DNA of 64,000 nt from NCBI GenBank assembly GCA_050291935.1, contig JBNKKR010000004.1:3206-67205 (forward strand), written 5' to 3'. Position numbers and translations under genes: made by a program. The notes below the pieces were generated by a model. It saw nothing but the letters and a program-made list of their open reading frames with translations, had not been told where the DNA came from and ran no database searches. Shown piece by piece: positions 1 through 10,043 of this stretch. Every line of letters starts with the position of its first letter. Positions within the stretch are counted from its first letter, which is position 1. This DNA comes from Desulfocapsaceae bacterium. Its GTDB lineage: Bacteria; Desulfobacterota; Desulfobulbia; Desulfobulbales; Desulfocapsaceae.

Positions 1-1329
1 TCGAAGGAGCAGTCTGTATTCTGCGCGGGAGGTAAAGAGGCGGTAGGGTTCTTTTGTTCCGCAGGTGACAAGATCATCTATCAGTACTCCTATATAGGCT
101 TGTGATCTATCAAGAATCAGTGGATCTTTATTCTGTATTTTCTGAACGGCATTAATTGCTGCCATCAAGCCCTGGGCGGCTGCTTCTTCATATCCGGATG
201 TTCCGTTGATCTGTCCCGCTAAAAAAAGGCCGTTAACCCGTTTTGTTTCAAGACTGGGGTGAAGTTCCAGTGGGTCAATATAGTCATATTCGATGGCGTA
301 TCCGGGGCGGACGATCTTGGCATTTTCCAAACCCTTAATGGTATGGAGCATTGCCAGTTGCGTTTTGAGGGGCAGACTTGTGGGTAATCCATTGGGGTAT
401 ATTTCGGTGGTATCCAAACCTTCTGGTTCGAGAAAAATCTGATGCCTATCCTTTTCTGGAAAACGCATAACCTTGTCTTCAATGGAAGGACAATATCTGG
501 CGCCAATACCCTCAATAATACCAGCGTACATGGGAGATTGGTCGATATCCCTGCGAATGGCCTCGTGGGTTTTTTGGTTGGTGTAGGTTATATGGCAAGG
601 CCTTTGTGGCTGTATATAGTCACCCTTGCTGCTAAAGGAAAAAAAGGCAGGAGGGTGATCACTATGTTGCACCGTGAGTTCGGAGTAGTCTATGGATCTT
701 GCGTCAATTCTTGGTACCGTTCCAGTTTTCATCCGACCGGTGGTAAATCCAGCATCTTTAAACCAGGCCGCAAGGCTGCTGGATGGTGCATCGCCCATGC
801 GCCCGGCCGGAAACTGTTTCATACCAATATGGATCAGGCCGTTCAGAAAGGTACCGGTGCAGACCACCACCGCTTTCACCCTGATTTCTTCGTCAAGGGA
901 GGTGCGGATTCCGCAAACACCTGTGTCATCGACGATAATGGAGTCAACAACCGTTTGTCGAATCTCCAGATTTTCCTGGGACTCCATCACCGATTTCATA
1001 CGGAGACGATACAAAAGTCGATCTGCCTGCGCCCTGGAAGAGCGTACGGCTGGCCCCTTAGACGTGTTTAATTTGCGAAATTGGATGGAGGTGGCATCAA
1101 TATTTTTTGCCATTTCGCCACCAAGTGCATCAATTTCACGGACCAGATGCCCTTTGGCCAGCCCGCCAATGGCAGGATTGCAGGACATGGCACCTATGGT
1201 GTCGACATTGATGACGGTGACCAGGGTTTTGCATCCCATTCTGGCCGCGGCAAGGGCTGCTTCACAACCCGCATGGCCTGCCCCAATTACTGCAATATCA
1301 AATGAATCCGTCACTGTTCTTTTTTCCAT
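1..1329 (-). CDS. mnmG: tRNA uridine 5-carboxymethylaminomethyl modification enzyme MnmG/GidA, N-terminal 443 codons; the 3' end runs off the window
   Basis: Absent from the ORF track because it is open at the window edge. The reverse complement from 1329 reads [56 protein letters not shown]..., the FAD-binding GxGxxG N-terminus typical of GidA. The + strand ORFs 442..1071 and 692..1336 are antisense shadows of this gene. Confidence 0.9.
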   Translation of the reverse strand, partial: MEKRTVTDSFDIAVIGAGHAGCEAALAAARMGCKTLVTVINVDTIGAMSCNPAIGGLAKGHLVREIDALGGEMAKNIDATSIQFRKLNTSKGPAVRSSRAQADRLLYRLRMKSVMESQENLEIRQTVVDSIIVDDTGVCGIRTSLDEEIRVKAVVVCTGTFLNGLIHIGMKQFPAGRMGDAPSSSLAAWFKDAGFTTGRMKTGTVPRIDARSIDYSELTVQHSDHPPAFFSFSSKGDYIQPQRPCHITYTNQKTHEAIRRDIDQSPMYAGIIEGIGARYCPSIEDKVMRFPEKDRHQIFLEPEGLDTTEIYPNGLPTSLPLKTQLAMLHTIKGLENAKIVRPGYAIEYDYIDPLELHPSLETKRVNGLFLAGQINGTSGYEEAAAQGLMAAINAVQKIQNKDPLILDRSQAYIGVLIDDLVTCGTKEPYRLFTSRAEYRLLLR

Positions 1330-2159
1330 GAAATAATTGCCCAACGTGGTGGAACGGCGCGGGTGACAACGCACTGGCCATCGGCAGAGCGTTTGCTGTT
1401 GCCCTTTACGTATTCCAGTAAATTTTTCTCTTCAGTTTCTGTGAGATCCTGAAACATCCAGCAGAAAGAATCCATCGCCTGTTGGATATCCTTGTACGTT
1501 GTTTCAGCGTTAAGACTAATGATATCAATCTCACAGTTGATTCCCATGCTGTAGAGCATATTGACGGTGTATATATAATCAGGACCCGAACGAAACGGTC
1601 TGTTGATTGCTGCAAAAGCACCACGATCAAAAGGTGTTGGACTAATACGGTCCACCACAAAGGTCGCATACCGGCTGTGTTGGTGTAGTTTTGCAAGGGA
1701 GTCTTTTAGATTGGCAACACTTAACGAACGCGAAGCAATGCATATATCATGGTGAGGAATTGAAAATGTTTCCCAATCATCCTCCCATGAAACCTGGAGG
1801 GTGATAATGTTTTTTATCCCACGTCTCTTTGATTCTTTATTGAGCTCTGCAAGCATCCCTTTTGAATAATCAAGAGCTGTAACTGACTTAACATGTTGTG
1901 AGAGAGGTAAAGAGAGGGTGCCGGGCCCACAACCCGCATCCAGAACAGTAAAGCTTTTTTGTAAAGGAAGTTTTGCAAGTACAAGATCGACAAAAGGTGA
2001 GGTGGCGTTTCTCTTGGCAAAAGACGGGGCCTTTTTGTCCCAATCTTGCGGTCCTTTAGGAGTCCATGACTTCTGCTCCCTGGCATTATTCCAGAGAAGT
2101 TGCCAGTCGATATTTTCGTAGGTAATTTTCGGGTCCATAGTGAGGGGCAAAGATATCAT
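1311..2159 (-). CDS. class I SAM-dependent methyltransferase (substrate unknown)
   Basis: 282-aa ORF with the SAM-binding motif [14 protein letters not shown]. Its stop overlaps the mnmG start by 19 nt, which suggests one operon. Confidence 0.7.
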   Translation of the reverse strand: MISLPLTMDPKITYENIDWQLLWNNAREQKSWTPKGPQDWDKKAPSFAKRNATSPFVDLVLAKLPLQKSFTVLDAGCGPGTLSLPLSQHVKSVTALDYSKGMLAELNKESKRRGIKNIITLQVSWEDDWETFSIPHHDICIASRSLSVANLKDSLAKLHQHSRYATFVVDRISPTPFDRGAFAAINRPFRSGPDYIYTVNMLYSMGINCEIDIISLNAETTYKDIQQAMDSFCWMFQDLTETEEKNLLEYVKGNSKRSADGQCVVTRAVPPRWAIISWKKEQ

Positions 2160-2381
2160 ACCAAAATGGCTTTAGCAACTCCCGTGCTGAAAATGTTTGA
2201 CACCCCCTTTTGAATATGGTTAATGTAACTGGTTCTGATATTTTTACGTCCTGCAATTTTTTGAGGTTCAGCAACGTGTCGTGCAGGGCGGTTACTTTTC
2301 CGGTTATCGTAGTGAATCTCTGTGGAAAATCGGTGCTAACATAATGGAATGTTCCGCATAAACTGGCGGAAGGAGTAAATG

Positions 2382-2519
2382 ATGAGTAAACGTACTTTTC
2401 AACCGAGTAATCTTAAACGTAAACGTGCCCATGGGTTCCGTGCCCGTATGTCCACCCGTGCTGGCCGTGCGATCTTGAATGCCCGTCGTGCCAAGGGGCG
2501 TAAACGCCTTTCAGCCTAA
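2382..2519 (+). CDS. rpmH: 50S ribosomal protein L34
   Basis: 45-codon ORF below the ORF-track size cutoff. It reads [45 protein letters not shown], preceded by GGAGTAA. An in-frame ATG at 2379 is an alternative start. It sits in the classic position upstream of rnpA. Confidence 0.95.
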   Translation: MSKRTFQPSNLKRKRAHGFRARMSTRAGRAILNARRAKGRKRLSA

Positions 2520-2524
2520 GAATA

Positions 2525-2866
2525 TTGCCAGGATATAAACTTCCGAAAACAGCGCTGCTTCGAAAGGGGCGGGAATTTGATAGGGTGTATCAACAGGGAA
2601 GAAGGTATCATGGCCAGGGCTTTTCTCTGATTCTGCTTGCCAATGAATTGGGATACAATCGGATCGGGATCAGCATTCATAGAAAGCTGAAAGGAGCAGT
2701 CAAACGAAATAGAATCAAACGAATCATTCGTGAATCTTTTCGTCTTGAACGGTTGCTATATCCTGATTGTGCTGACATTGTTTTTACCGTTCGCCCAGAG
2801 TTTTCTCTTGCTCACCCTGCCTTGATCACTTCGGCTGTAACCTGCCTTATACCACCGGTGAAGTAG
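2525..2866 (+). CDS. rnpA: ribonuclease P protein component
   Basis: 113 aa, basic, with KLPKTALLRKGREFDRVYQQGRR... typical of RnpA. Synteny fits: directly after rpmH and before yidD/yidC. TTG start as tracked; the exact start is uncertain. Confidence 0.85.
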   Translation: MPGYKLPKTALLRKGREFDRVYQQGRRYHGQGFSLILLANELGYNRIGISIHRKLKGAVKRNRIKRIIRESFRLERLLYPDCADIVFTVRPEFSLAHPALITSAVTCLIPPVK

Positions 2867-2872
2867 CTCGGT

Positions 2873-3175
2873 TTGGCCTCACTGAGGATATGTGATTTGC
2901 AACGGGATAGATCTCTTTTATTGAACCTTTTCTCATCAACCCGTCATTTTGTTGTGTGGGTATGTTTGGGAGTGATTCGTGGGTATCAATATGTTATTTC
3001 TCCACTTTTCCCTCCCAGTTGCCGTTTTACGCCAACATGTTCTTGTTATGCTGCCGAAGCCATTCGCCTGCATGGTCCCTTGAAGGGAATTGTCCTTGCT
3101 GTGATTCGAATTCTCCGCTGTCATCCCTTTAGTCGTGGTGGCTATGATCCTGTACCACCTGTAAAAAATGGATGA
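2873..3175 (+). CDS. yidD: membrane protein insertion efficiency factor YidD
   Basis: Contains [58 protein letters not shown], the YidD signature. The tracked TTG start gives 100 aa, which is long. An internal GTG near 2954 would give about 73 aa. Confidence 0.85.
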   Translation: MASLRICDLQRDRSLLLNLFSSTRHFVVWVCLGVIRGYQYVISPLFPPSCRFTPTCSCYAAEAIRLHGPLKGIVLAVIRILRCHPFSRGGYDPVPPVKNG

Positions 3176-3231
3176 CACTAAAAAAACAACAGCGTTGATG
3201 TATATCAAGCTGTCTTTTCTATGGAAAAAAA

Positions 3232-4899
3232 ATGGATATTTATAGAACGTTTCTCGCAATTGTTATTTCTTTTGTGATTCTTATTGGTTACCAGTACCTT
3301 TTTGTGGGCTTTGGTCCTCAGGAAACACAAGAGGGTGAGCCTGCAACTACTGAACAGACAACTACTGCTCCAGCGGAGACCCAAAAGAAGGTGGAGGATA
3401 CGTCCACTGTGCCCCCTGCTCCTTCGGTGGCCCAGTCTGTTGCGGCTTCGGCTATGGAACGTCCGGAAAGGGATGGTCGGGATCTGTTGGTTGAAACCGA
3501 CTATTATAGTGCCACGGTGAGCGAGGAAGGAGGTTCCATAAAGAGTTTTATCCTCAAAGAATACAAGGAAACAAACGAAAAAGATTCACCCGGGATGCAG
3601 ATGGTGAAAGTCGATGGTGCGGAAGGATATCCACTTGAGTTTTCATGGGGAAGTGTCGCTCCTGTTGCTACATTTTATGCATCAGAAAACGATACGGTAT
3701 CGTTTGCCGGTAACAGCGCCAAGTTGCTGATGACCGGGCGCGGCAACGGACTTGAGATAGAAAGGGATTACAGCTTTGTAAAGGACTCTTATCTTGTTGA
3801 TCTTGTTGTACGGGTAAAAAATATTTCTGCAGCCCCTCTCCAGGGGGCAGCAGAACTCCATCAGACCGGGGTCCCTTTTCGTAAAAGCACGACGAGCAAC
3901 CGGTTTCAGTTTAGTGGTCCTGCCTACTATCTTGGTGAGGATCTGGAAGAGATGGATGCGGATCTGTATGAAACCGGGCCAAAAACCATTACCGCAAAAA
4001 TGGATTGGGCTGCCTATGAAGGGACATATTTTATGAATGCCATTCTCCCTGATCCCGCAACTGTTGATTCCTTAACCGTGCAGTCTGCTACTGAAGATGT
4101 GGTCAAAATGAAGGTGAGCAGCACGCTTGATACTCTGCAGCCGGGTGAGACAAAGGAGTACGTCTATAAGCTTTACTTTGGTCCTAAAAGACTTAGTACC
4201 CTAAAGGATGTTGGCTATAATCTGGATAAAGCAGTGAATTTTGGCTATTTCGATGTTATTGCCAAGCCGACCCTCTATCTGCTCAACCTTTTCTATTCCA
4301 TGGTTAAAAATTATGGTATTGCCATCATTCTGGTGACGGTAATTTTTAAAGCTGCTTTTTGGCCTATTACCCAAAGGGGCCTGAAGTCCATGAAGAATAT
4401 GCAAAAATTGCAGCCCAAGATGGTAAAGCTTAAGGAAAAATACAAAGGGGATCCAGCCAGGATGAACCAAGAGGTGATGAACCTCTATAAAACGTATAAG
4501 GTAAATCCTTTGGGCGGTTGTCTTCCCATGGCACTACAGATTCCAGTGTTTTTTGCGCTTTACAAGGTGTTGCTTATGTGCGTAGAGCTCCGCCATGCAC
4601 CATTTATGTTGTGGATCAGTGATCTTTCTGCTCCTGATCGCCTCTTTATTGGTGTCGATCTCCCTTATCTTGGCGGAATCCCGGTTTTGACCCTTTTGAT
4701 GGGTGCTTCAATGTTCTTGCAGCAGAAGATGACCCCAACAACGGCTGATCCTACCCAGGCCAAGATTATGATGTTCCTCCCAGTGCTTTTTACCTTTATG
4801 TTTGTCAACTTTGCTTCTGGTTTGGTGCTTTACTGGTTTGTGAACAATCTGTTGGCAATTTTGCAGCAATATCTGATTAATCGTCAGAAAAAGGCTTAA
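3232..4899 (+). CDS. yidC: membrane protein insertase YidC
   Basis: 555 aa. It has an N-terminal TM, a large periplasmic domain and a C-terminal 60-kDa insertase core (PLGGCLPMALQIPVFFALY..., basic tail). Syntenic with rnpA/yidD/jag. Confidence 0.95.
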   Translation: MDIYRTFLAIVISFVILIGYQYLFVGFGPQETQEGEPATTEQTTTAPAETQKKVEDTSTVPPAPSVAQSVAASAMERPERDGRDLLVETDYYSATVSEEGGSIKSFILKEYKETNEKDSPGMQMVKVDGAEGYPLEFSWGSVAPVATFYASENDTVSFAGNSAKLLMTGRGNGLEIERDYSFVKDSYLVDLVVRVKNISAAPLQGAAELHQTGVPFRKSTTSNRFQFSGPAYYLGEDLEEMDADLYETGPKTITAKMDWAAYEGTYFMNAILPDPATVDSLTVQSATEDVVKMKVSSTLDTLQPGETKEYVYKLYFGPKRLSTLKDVGYNLDKAVNFGYFDVIAKPTLYLLNLFYSMVKNYGIAIILVTVIFKAAFWPITQRGLKSMKNMQKLQPKMVKLKEKYKGDPARMNQEVMNLYKTYKVNPLGGCLPMALQIPVFFALYKVLLMCVELRHAPFMLWISDLSAPDRLFIGVDLPYLGGIPVLTLLMGASMFLQQKMTPTTADPTQAKIMMFLPVLFTFMFVNFASGLVLYWFVNNLLAILQQYLINRQKKA

Positions 4900-4952
4900 G
4901 AAAGCTGCAAAAATGGTGAGCGCCAACCCCAGATTCCCATAAAGGAAAACAT

Positions 4953-5828
4953 ATGTCTTTAAAGAAAAAAGATTTTTTTGCAAATGAGGTAACAGAGGCA
5001 ATTAAGGATGCCTGTGACAGCTTTGGTGTAGCCCAGGAAAAGTTAGATATCGAGGTTGTGGAAACGGGATCCAATGGCATTTTTGGCTTGATCCGTAAAA
5101 AAGCTCATATCAGGGTCTCACCTTTAGACGGCCAGAAGAAGCAACCTCCCGTAAGCAAGGAAAAAGCAGCTAAGAAGGAACCTAAGCTATCCAGCAAGAA
5201 AGCACATGAGGAAAGTGAAAAAGAGAGCAAAAAGATAAGCAGCCCAGAACCCACGACTGTGGTAAACGAATCTGTGAGCCCTGAAAGTGCTGAGATTGTC
5301 CGCCAGGAACTCTCAACCCTTCTTTCTTTAGTGGGTTTTACTTCCGATGTGACTACCGAAATTGATGGTCCCACGGTGTATTGTGTGGTGAGCGATGAAC
5401 ATGAAGAGGCGCTTACCGGGCAAGAGGGCAAGATCATAGATTCACTGCAGTATCTGCTTCGAAAGCTTGTTGCCAGAAAAGTTGATGAAAAAGTACGGCT
5501 TTCCATTGATATTGGACAGTTTCGTGAAAAACGAAAAGTTGAGCTGATGGAACGGGCAAAAGAGCTTGCCGCCATGGTGAAGGAAGATGGAAAGACCCAG
5601 GCTATTCCTCCCCTTAACCCTTCTGAAAGACGTGTCGTCCATCTTGTTTTGCAGGAAGATAAAGAAATCCGTTCCCGTAGTGTTGGGGGTGGTTTGTTTA
5701 AAAAGGTTCTTATCTATAAACCTGGAAAAGCAAAGAAACCAGCAGGGAAGCGTACAGGGCGTGGGCCCAAAAAGAGTAGTGCTCCCAAAACTGGCCAAGA
5801 AAAAAGCGGTATTGAGGAAAAAAACTGA
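4953..5828 (+). CDS. jag: RNA-binding protein Jag/KhpB (Jag_N, KH and R3H domains) with a long Lys/Glu/Ser-rich linker
   Basis: 291 aa. The C-terminal R3H-like segment reads LNPSERRVVHLVLQEDKEIRSRSVG. Position between yidC and mnmE is the conserved one. Confidence 0.85.
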   Translation: MSLKKKDFFANEVTEAIKDACDSFGVAQEKLDIEVVETGSNGIFGLIRKKAHIRVSPLDGQKKQPPVSKEKAAKKEPKLSSKKAHEESEKESKKISSPEPTTVVNESVSPESAEIVRQELSTLLSLVGFTSDVTTEIDGPTVYCVVSDEHEEALTGQEGKIIDSLQYLLRKLVARKVDEKVRLSIDIGQFREKRKVELMERAKELAAMVKEDGKTQAIPPLNPSERRVVHLVLQEDKEIRSRSVGGGLFKKVLIYKPGKAKKPAGKRTGRGPKKSSAPKTGQEKSGIEEKN

Positions 5829-5870
5829 ATTGAACAACTTGGTTGCTCAAAAAAAAGGAAGGTATAAGTG

Positions 5871-7259
5871 ATGGGATCTGTTGATACCATTGCAGCGATC
5901 TCAACACCACCCGGGGCAGGTGGCATTGGTATTATTCGAGTGAGTGGTCCTGAAGCGCTTGCCTATTTACAAACAATCTTTTTCCCCCATAATCCAGCTT
6001 GCTCCGCATTTGAATCACACCGACTCTACTATGGACAGATTGTCCATCCCCATTCGAAACAGGTTCTTGATGAAGTTTTGGCTGTGTATATGGCAGCGCC
6101 AAAAACCTATACCAGAGAAGATGTGGTAGAGATCCATTGTCATGGCAATTATTTGGTCCTCACATCTATCTTAGAGCTTCTTTTATCCCTTGGTGTTCGT
6201 CTGGCTGAGCACGGTGAATTTACAAAACTTGCCTTTTTAAATGGTCGGATAGATTTGACCCGCGCAGAGGCGGTGATAGATATCCTGTCTGCTCGAACCA
6301 GAAAGGGCTTGGATCTAGCGCTTGAACAACTCGGCGGGAGCCTCTATGGGCGGGTAAACACCATTCGGAACGCATTGGTTCGCATGCGCGCGATTGTGGA
6401 AGTGGCCATTGATTTTCCAGATGAAGACGTTGATATTGTAGACCATTCTACGCTCCGGCAGCAGCTGGCAGACGAAGTCCTTTCCCCGTTACGACAACTC
6501 TTAAGACATGCTGAACAGGGAAGAGTTTACCGAGAAGGGATTGCAGTAGTTATTGTCGGGGTGCCCAATGTCGGCAAATCAAGCTTATTAAATACCCTGT
6601 TACGGGAAGAGCGAGCACTGGTCACTGCAATTCCCGGGACAACCAGAGATACCATTGAGGAGTATATAGATATTAGAGGTGTTCCGGTTCGCATCGTTGA
6701 TACTGCAGGGATTAGAAGTGGTGCGGACATGGTGGAAGAGTTGGGTATAGAAAGAGCCAGAAAACAGATTCAGCAGGCGGATTTGGTCCTGTTTATGCTC
6801 GATATGGAACGAGGTGTCCAGGAAGAAGATATTGAACTTTTTTCTTTGCTAAGCCATAAACCCATGCTGTTACTGGCCAACAAAATGGATATCCATGGGC
6901 AGAAAGAGGGTGTTGAACAGTTTGTAAGGAGTCATCCCAAACTGCCCTTTGTTCAGATATCAGCTAAAAAGAATCAAAATATTGAAGCACTTAAGGATGC
7001 AATCTTTACAAAAGTAGTTGGCGGAAATGAGCAGTGGCAGGAAGAAAATTGCGCTCCCAATATTCGCCATAAAGATGGGTTGCAGCGGGCAGTGGTAGCA
7101 GCAGAGTTCTTTGATGAGGGGCTTAAGATAAGCAGTACCAACGACTTGCTGGCCATTGATCTTCAGGAATGTCTTGATCAGCTCAATGGTATTGTTGGTA
7201 TAACCACCACTGAAGATGTGCTGGATGTTATTTTTGAGCAGTTTTGCCTTGGTAAGTGA
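5871..7259 (+). CDS. mnmE: tRNA modification GTPase MnmE/TrmE
   Basis: MGSVDTIAAISTPPGAGGIGIIRVSG N-terminus, G1 motif GVPNVGKSSLLN, DTAG, and the C-terminal CLGK motif. An ATG at 5871 directly follows the tracked GTG at 5868, with AAGGAAGG upstream. Confidence 0.95.
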   Translation: MGSVDTIAAISTPPGAGGIGIIRVSGPEALAYLQTIFFPHNPACSAFESHRLYYGQIVHPHSKQVLDEVLAVYMAAPKTYTREDVVEIHCHGNYLVLTSILELLLSLGVRLAEHGEFTKLAFLNGRIDLTRAEAVIDILSARTRKGLDLALEQLGGSLYGRVNTIRNALVRMRAIVEVAIDFPDEDVDIVDHSTLRQQLADEVLSPLRQLLRHAEQGRVYREGIAVVIVGVPNVGKSSLLNTLLREERALVTAIPGTTRDTIEEYIDIRGVPVRIVDTAGIRSGADMVEELGIERARKQIQQADLVLFMLDMERGVQEEDIELFSLLSHKPMLLLANKMDIHGQKEGVEQFVRSHPKLPFVQISAKKNQNIEALKDAIFTKVVGGNEQWQEENCAPNIRHKDGLQRAVVAAEFFDEGLKISSTNDLLAIDLQECLDQLNGIVGITTTEDVLDVIFEQFCLGK

Positions 7260-7386
7260 AAACTTCTTGTAATATCATATGGATGTTTTGATGGCTTGAG
7301 GAGCGTAAGCGCTCTATTGGAAATTTTATTGCAAAAAAAAACAAGAGAATTGTTTGCAGGTCTAAAAGGGTCCATCTTGTTTCGTT

Positions 7387-7413
7387 TTACACCAAAAATG
7401 ATTTTTGGTGTAA
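7387..7413. terminator. perfect 12-bp inverted repeat between convergent mnmE and elbB (possible bidirectional terminator)
   Basis: TTACACCAAAAA-TGA-TTTTTGGTGTAA, flanked by T-rich (5') and TTT (3') sequence. It lies in the 221-nt gap between the two stop codons. Confidence 0.6.
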
Positions 7414-7480
7414 TTTGAAACTTGAACTTGCAAAATGCACCGATATTGTTTTCAAGGTAAGCCTTTGTTGCAGGGTTGTC

Positions 7481-8143
7481 TTACGCCATAAGTTTTATAA
7501 TTTCGCAAATGAGCTTTTCAGCACTTTCCCCAATCTGATCAACCCGTGCTTCAAGCATATAACAGGGAGTGGTTACGAGTTTATGCTTCTTATCAACTAC
7601 AACTTCACCCTGTAGTGTTGTGTGGTGTTGTGCGCCCATGGAGTGAATTTTTTCTGCTACTTCCTGGCTTTGCCCAATTGTTAGCGTAGCATTTTCGATG
7701 ACTTTTGCAAGGATGACCGGGGCGATACAGAGGGCGCCAATGGGTTTTTGGGCAGCCACAGTCTGTTCAATGGCTTGTCGAACATCTTCGTTGATCTTGC
7801 AATCGGCACCGTTATAGGCAAAATTTGATAAGTTCTTAGCAGCTCCCAGACCTCCCGGAAGTACCAACGCGTCGTGTTTGCTCACCTGAAACTGCGTAAG
7901 ATCCTTAATCTTTCCCCTGGCAATACGAGCAGATTCCACCAGAACATTGCGCTGTTCTGTCATCTCTTCTCCCGTGAGGTGGTTCATGACATTGTATTGG
8001 GGAATGTTTGGCGCGTAGCACTGGTAGCCTGCTCCAAGCTTATGGATAGCCCAAAGAGTCAGTGTCGCTTCATGAATTTCTGATCCATCTCTATTGCCTG
8101 AACCGGAAAGAATGACCGCAATTGATTTTTTTTTCATATGCAA
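7481..8143 (-). CDS. elbB: isoprenoid biosynthesis glyoxalase ElbB (DJ-1/PfpI superfamily)
   Basis: MKKKSIAVILSGSGNRDGSEIHEATLTLWAIHKLGAGYQCYAPN... and the ...GALCIAP nucleophile-elbow Cys match ElbB-type proteins. The start may be 8137. Confidence 0.85.
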   Translation of the reverse strand: MHMKKKSIAVILSGSGNRDGSEIHEATLTLWAIHKLGAGYQCYAPNIPQYNVMNHLTGEEMTEQRNVLVESARIARGKIKDLTQFQVSKHDALVLPGGLGAAKNLSNFAYNGADCKINEDVRQAIEQTVAAQKPIGALCIAPVILAKVIENATLTIGQSQEVAEKIHSMGAQHHTTLQGEVVVDKKHKLVTTPCYMLEARVDQIGESAEKLICEIIKLMA

Positions 8144-8151
8144 AATAAGCC

Positions 8152-8676
8152 CTACAGGTTGAGATGATAAATTTCTGCTAAGTTGCGATATCTCTCGTCA
8201 TAATCCAAGCCATAGCCCACCAAAAAACCTTGGGCAATGGAAAAACCGGTGTAGTCAATAGACACCTCATGTTCCCGTCGTTCTGCTTTGTCTATTAGTG
8301 CACAGACACGAACTGAGGCGGCACCTTTGTCCCTAAAGTGTTTGGCCAGCCAGCGCACGGTTGAGCCGGTGTCAACAATATCCTCAACCAAAAGAAGGTG
8401 ACGATTCTTTACCTCCTGGGAGGGGGTGGCCACCAAAGTTATTTCGCCTGATGAAGTGGAACCGGCACCATATGAGGATACTTGAATAAAATCAGCACAG
8501 AGCGGGAGGTCAATGGCACGGATCAAATCCGCCATAAATACAAAGGCACCTTTTAAGACGCCGATAACCACAAGTTCCTTTCCCTGGTATTCTTCTGATA
8601 TAGTATGGCCAAGTTCCTGGATCCGTTGGTTGATTTCCTGCTTACTGAGGACGAGTTCTTTTGTCGTTGATTCCAT
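8152..8676 (-). CDS. hpt: hypoxanthine phosphoribosyltransferase
   Basis: 174 aa. PRPP-binding motif LLLVEDIVDTGSTV and a typical Hpt N-terminus (LSKQEINQRIQELG). Lies 8 nt upstream of elbB. Confidence 0.9.
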   Translation of the reverse strand: MESTTKELVLSKQEINQRIQELGHTISEEYQGKELVVIGVLKGAFVFMADLIRAIDLPLCADFIQVSSYGAGSTSSGEITLVATPSQEVKNRHLLLVEDIVDTGSTVRWLAKHFRDKGAASVRVCALIDKAERREHEVSIDYTGFSIAQGFLVGYGLDYDERYRNLAEIYHLNL

Positions 8677-8979
8677 GTATCTTTAGTCTGGTTGTGAACA
8701 AAGAGGGTACTTGTTTCATTGATACCCTTTATATGTGAGTAAAAACCAAGGGGCCGCAAATATCTGCTCTGCATGTTGCTGAAGTGCGTTACGAATCGAC
8801 TCAAGTTATCCCGTAACCATGTGATAAAGTCAAGGAAAAATGCGATCTCCCTGGAAGCTTTCATTTTGTTGACAAAAATAGTCGCTTCAAGTAGGTTATA
8901 AATTTCATTGATGGAATGTATCAGTAAACGTGGTGAGTGAAAAGGCCACTTGAACCTTTACAGAGTTAAAAGTCGATCC

Positions 8980-9540
8980 ATGGGAAAGTCATCAACAACA
9001 TTGAATCCAGCGTTTAATAGAGAAATTACTGGATTACCGGGCGGGGAGCATCTCAATAGCTGTTTTGCATGCGGTGCCTGTAGTGGGATTTGTCCTGTGA
9101 GCCAGGCAATACCTGAGTTTGATCCGAGAAAAATAATTCATATGATCCGTATGGGGATGAAAGAGCGATTGCTCAGTTCGGATATGATGTGGTACTGTTC
9201 CGGGTGCAGATCCTGTGTTTTTGTCTGTCCGCAAGATGTTGGCTTTGCGGACATTATGGCAGCTGTTGCCAAGCTTGCCCTTAAAGAGGGCTATGTGACC
9301 AAGGAACAACTGGTTGAAAAGGGCAAGGCTGCTAAAGTTGAACGTGATCTCTGTGTTGCCTGTCTTACCTGTGTGCGCACCTGTCCCTGGGAAATTCCAC
9401 ATATTGATAAGCTCGGTGTCGCAGATATTGATGTGGAAAAATGTAGAGCTTGCGGTATTTGTGTGGAAGAGTGTCCAGCAAATGCAATTACTTTAAATGA
9501 ATCAAAAGATGAACGGCTCCTTGCGGCTTGTGGTGTCTAA
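8980..9540 (+). CDS. Fe-S protein: HdrC-like CCG-partner 4Fe-4S domain plus a C-terminal 2x[4Fe-4S] ferredoxin domain
   Basis: Cys clusters CFACGACSGICP, CSGCRSCVFVCP, CVACLTCVRTCP and CRACGICVEECP. The ATG at 8980 (MGKSS...) is preferred over the tracked TTG at 8950. Confidence 0.7.
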   Translation: MGKSSTTLNPAFNREITGLPGGEHLNSCFACGACSGICPVSQAIPEFDPRKIIHMIRMGMKERLLSSDMMWYCSGCRSCVFVCPQDVGFADIMAAVAKLALKEGYVTKEQLVEKGKAAKVERDLCVACLTCVRTCPWEIPHIDKLGVADIDVEKCRACGICVEECPANAITLNESKDERLLAACGV

Positions 9541-9556
9541 GAGAAGAGGATAGAAG

Positions 9557-9964
9557 ATGAGTTTTGAGCCTGCAATTACCCTGTTTAGTTGTCACTATAC
9601 TTCCCAGCAGAGTTGCGCTGAGGGTGGAAAGGAGCTTGAGCGCCTGGGTTTTCCTTCGGGCATTAGCCTGGTACGAGTACCTTGTACTGGAAAATTACAG
9701 ATTACCACACTCCTCAAAGCTTTTGAAGATGGCGCTGATGGTGTGTATGTGGTTGGTTGTCCAACAGATGGTTGTCATAATGTGAAGGGGAGTGAGCGGG
9801 CGGCGAAACGGGTGTCCGCCGTGCGTGAGGCCCTTGTGGAGTTGGGGGTTGAGGGTGAGCGGGTGGAGATGTATCACCTTCCACGTGGTTTGCATCCTGA
9901 GTTTGTCGCCAAGGCAAAAGAGATGGATGCGAGGATCCGCAGCTTAGGTCCCAGCCCATTTTAA
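9557..9964 (+). CDS. MvhD/FlpD-like (methyl-viologen-reducing hydrogenase delta subunit family) protein
   Basis: FSCHYTS...VRVPCTGKLQITTLLKAFEDGADGVYVVGCPTDGCHN is the MvhD-domain signature. Confidence 0.8.
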   Translation: MSFEPAITLFSCHYTSQQSCAEGGKELERLGFPSGISLVRVPCTGKLQITTLLKAFEDGADGVYVVGCPTDGCHNVKGSERAAKRVSAVREALVELGVEGERVEMYHLPRGLHPEFVAKAKEMDARIRSLGPSPF

Positions 9965-10043
9965 CAAAAGAGTAGTCTGGCGGTATATTAACGGCAATAC
10001 GGAAAGAAGAGTTCTCTATTGCATATATGTGGAGTAGAATAAA

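Noticed and set aside
39-46. GGCGGTAG, identical to the ops/JUMPstart core used by RfaH in polysaccharide operons
   Set aside because: It lies inside the mnmG coding sequence, far from any EPS operon leader. A single 8-mer match is expected by chance.
425-431. GGTTCGA (tRNA T-arm-like motif)
   Set aside because: It is inside the mnmG coding sequence and has no flanking acceptor or anticodon stem structure. I found no tRNA-like cloverleaf in any intergenic region.
442-1336. Plus-strand ORFs 442..1071, 692..1336 and 1081..1305
   Set aside because: They lie antisense to a clear mnmG reading frame and their translations are low-complexity (Pro/Ser/Arg-rich) with no recognisable motifs. They are shadow ORFs.
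2321-2329. TGTGGAAAA, a one-mismatch DnaA-box-like sequence upstream of rpmH, raising the idea of an oriC region near the rpmH-rnpA-yidC-mnmE-mnmG cluster
   Set aside because: There is only one imperfect box, no dnaA gene, no AT-rich unwinding element and no box cluster in the 220-nt gap. This is insufficient evidence for an origin.
5105-5926. Several minus-strand ORFs (5105..5575, 5442..5837, 5710..5926) opposite jag
   Set aside because: They are antisense to the Lys/Glu/Ser-rich linker of Jag, which generates long open Phe/Ser/Leu-rich frames by composition alone.
8867-8900. TTGACA ... TATAAA as a sigma70 promoter for the Fe-S gene cluster
   Set aside because: The spacing from the perfect -35 hexamer to the best -10-like hexamer is 22 nt, which is too long. 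At 17-nt spacing the hexamer is a poor TAGGTT. Not reported as a feature.
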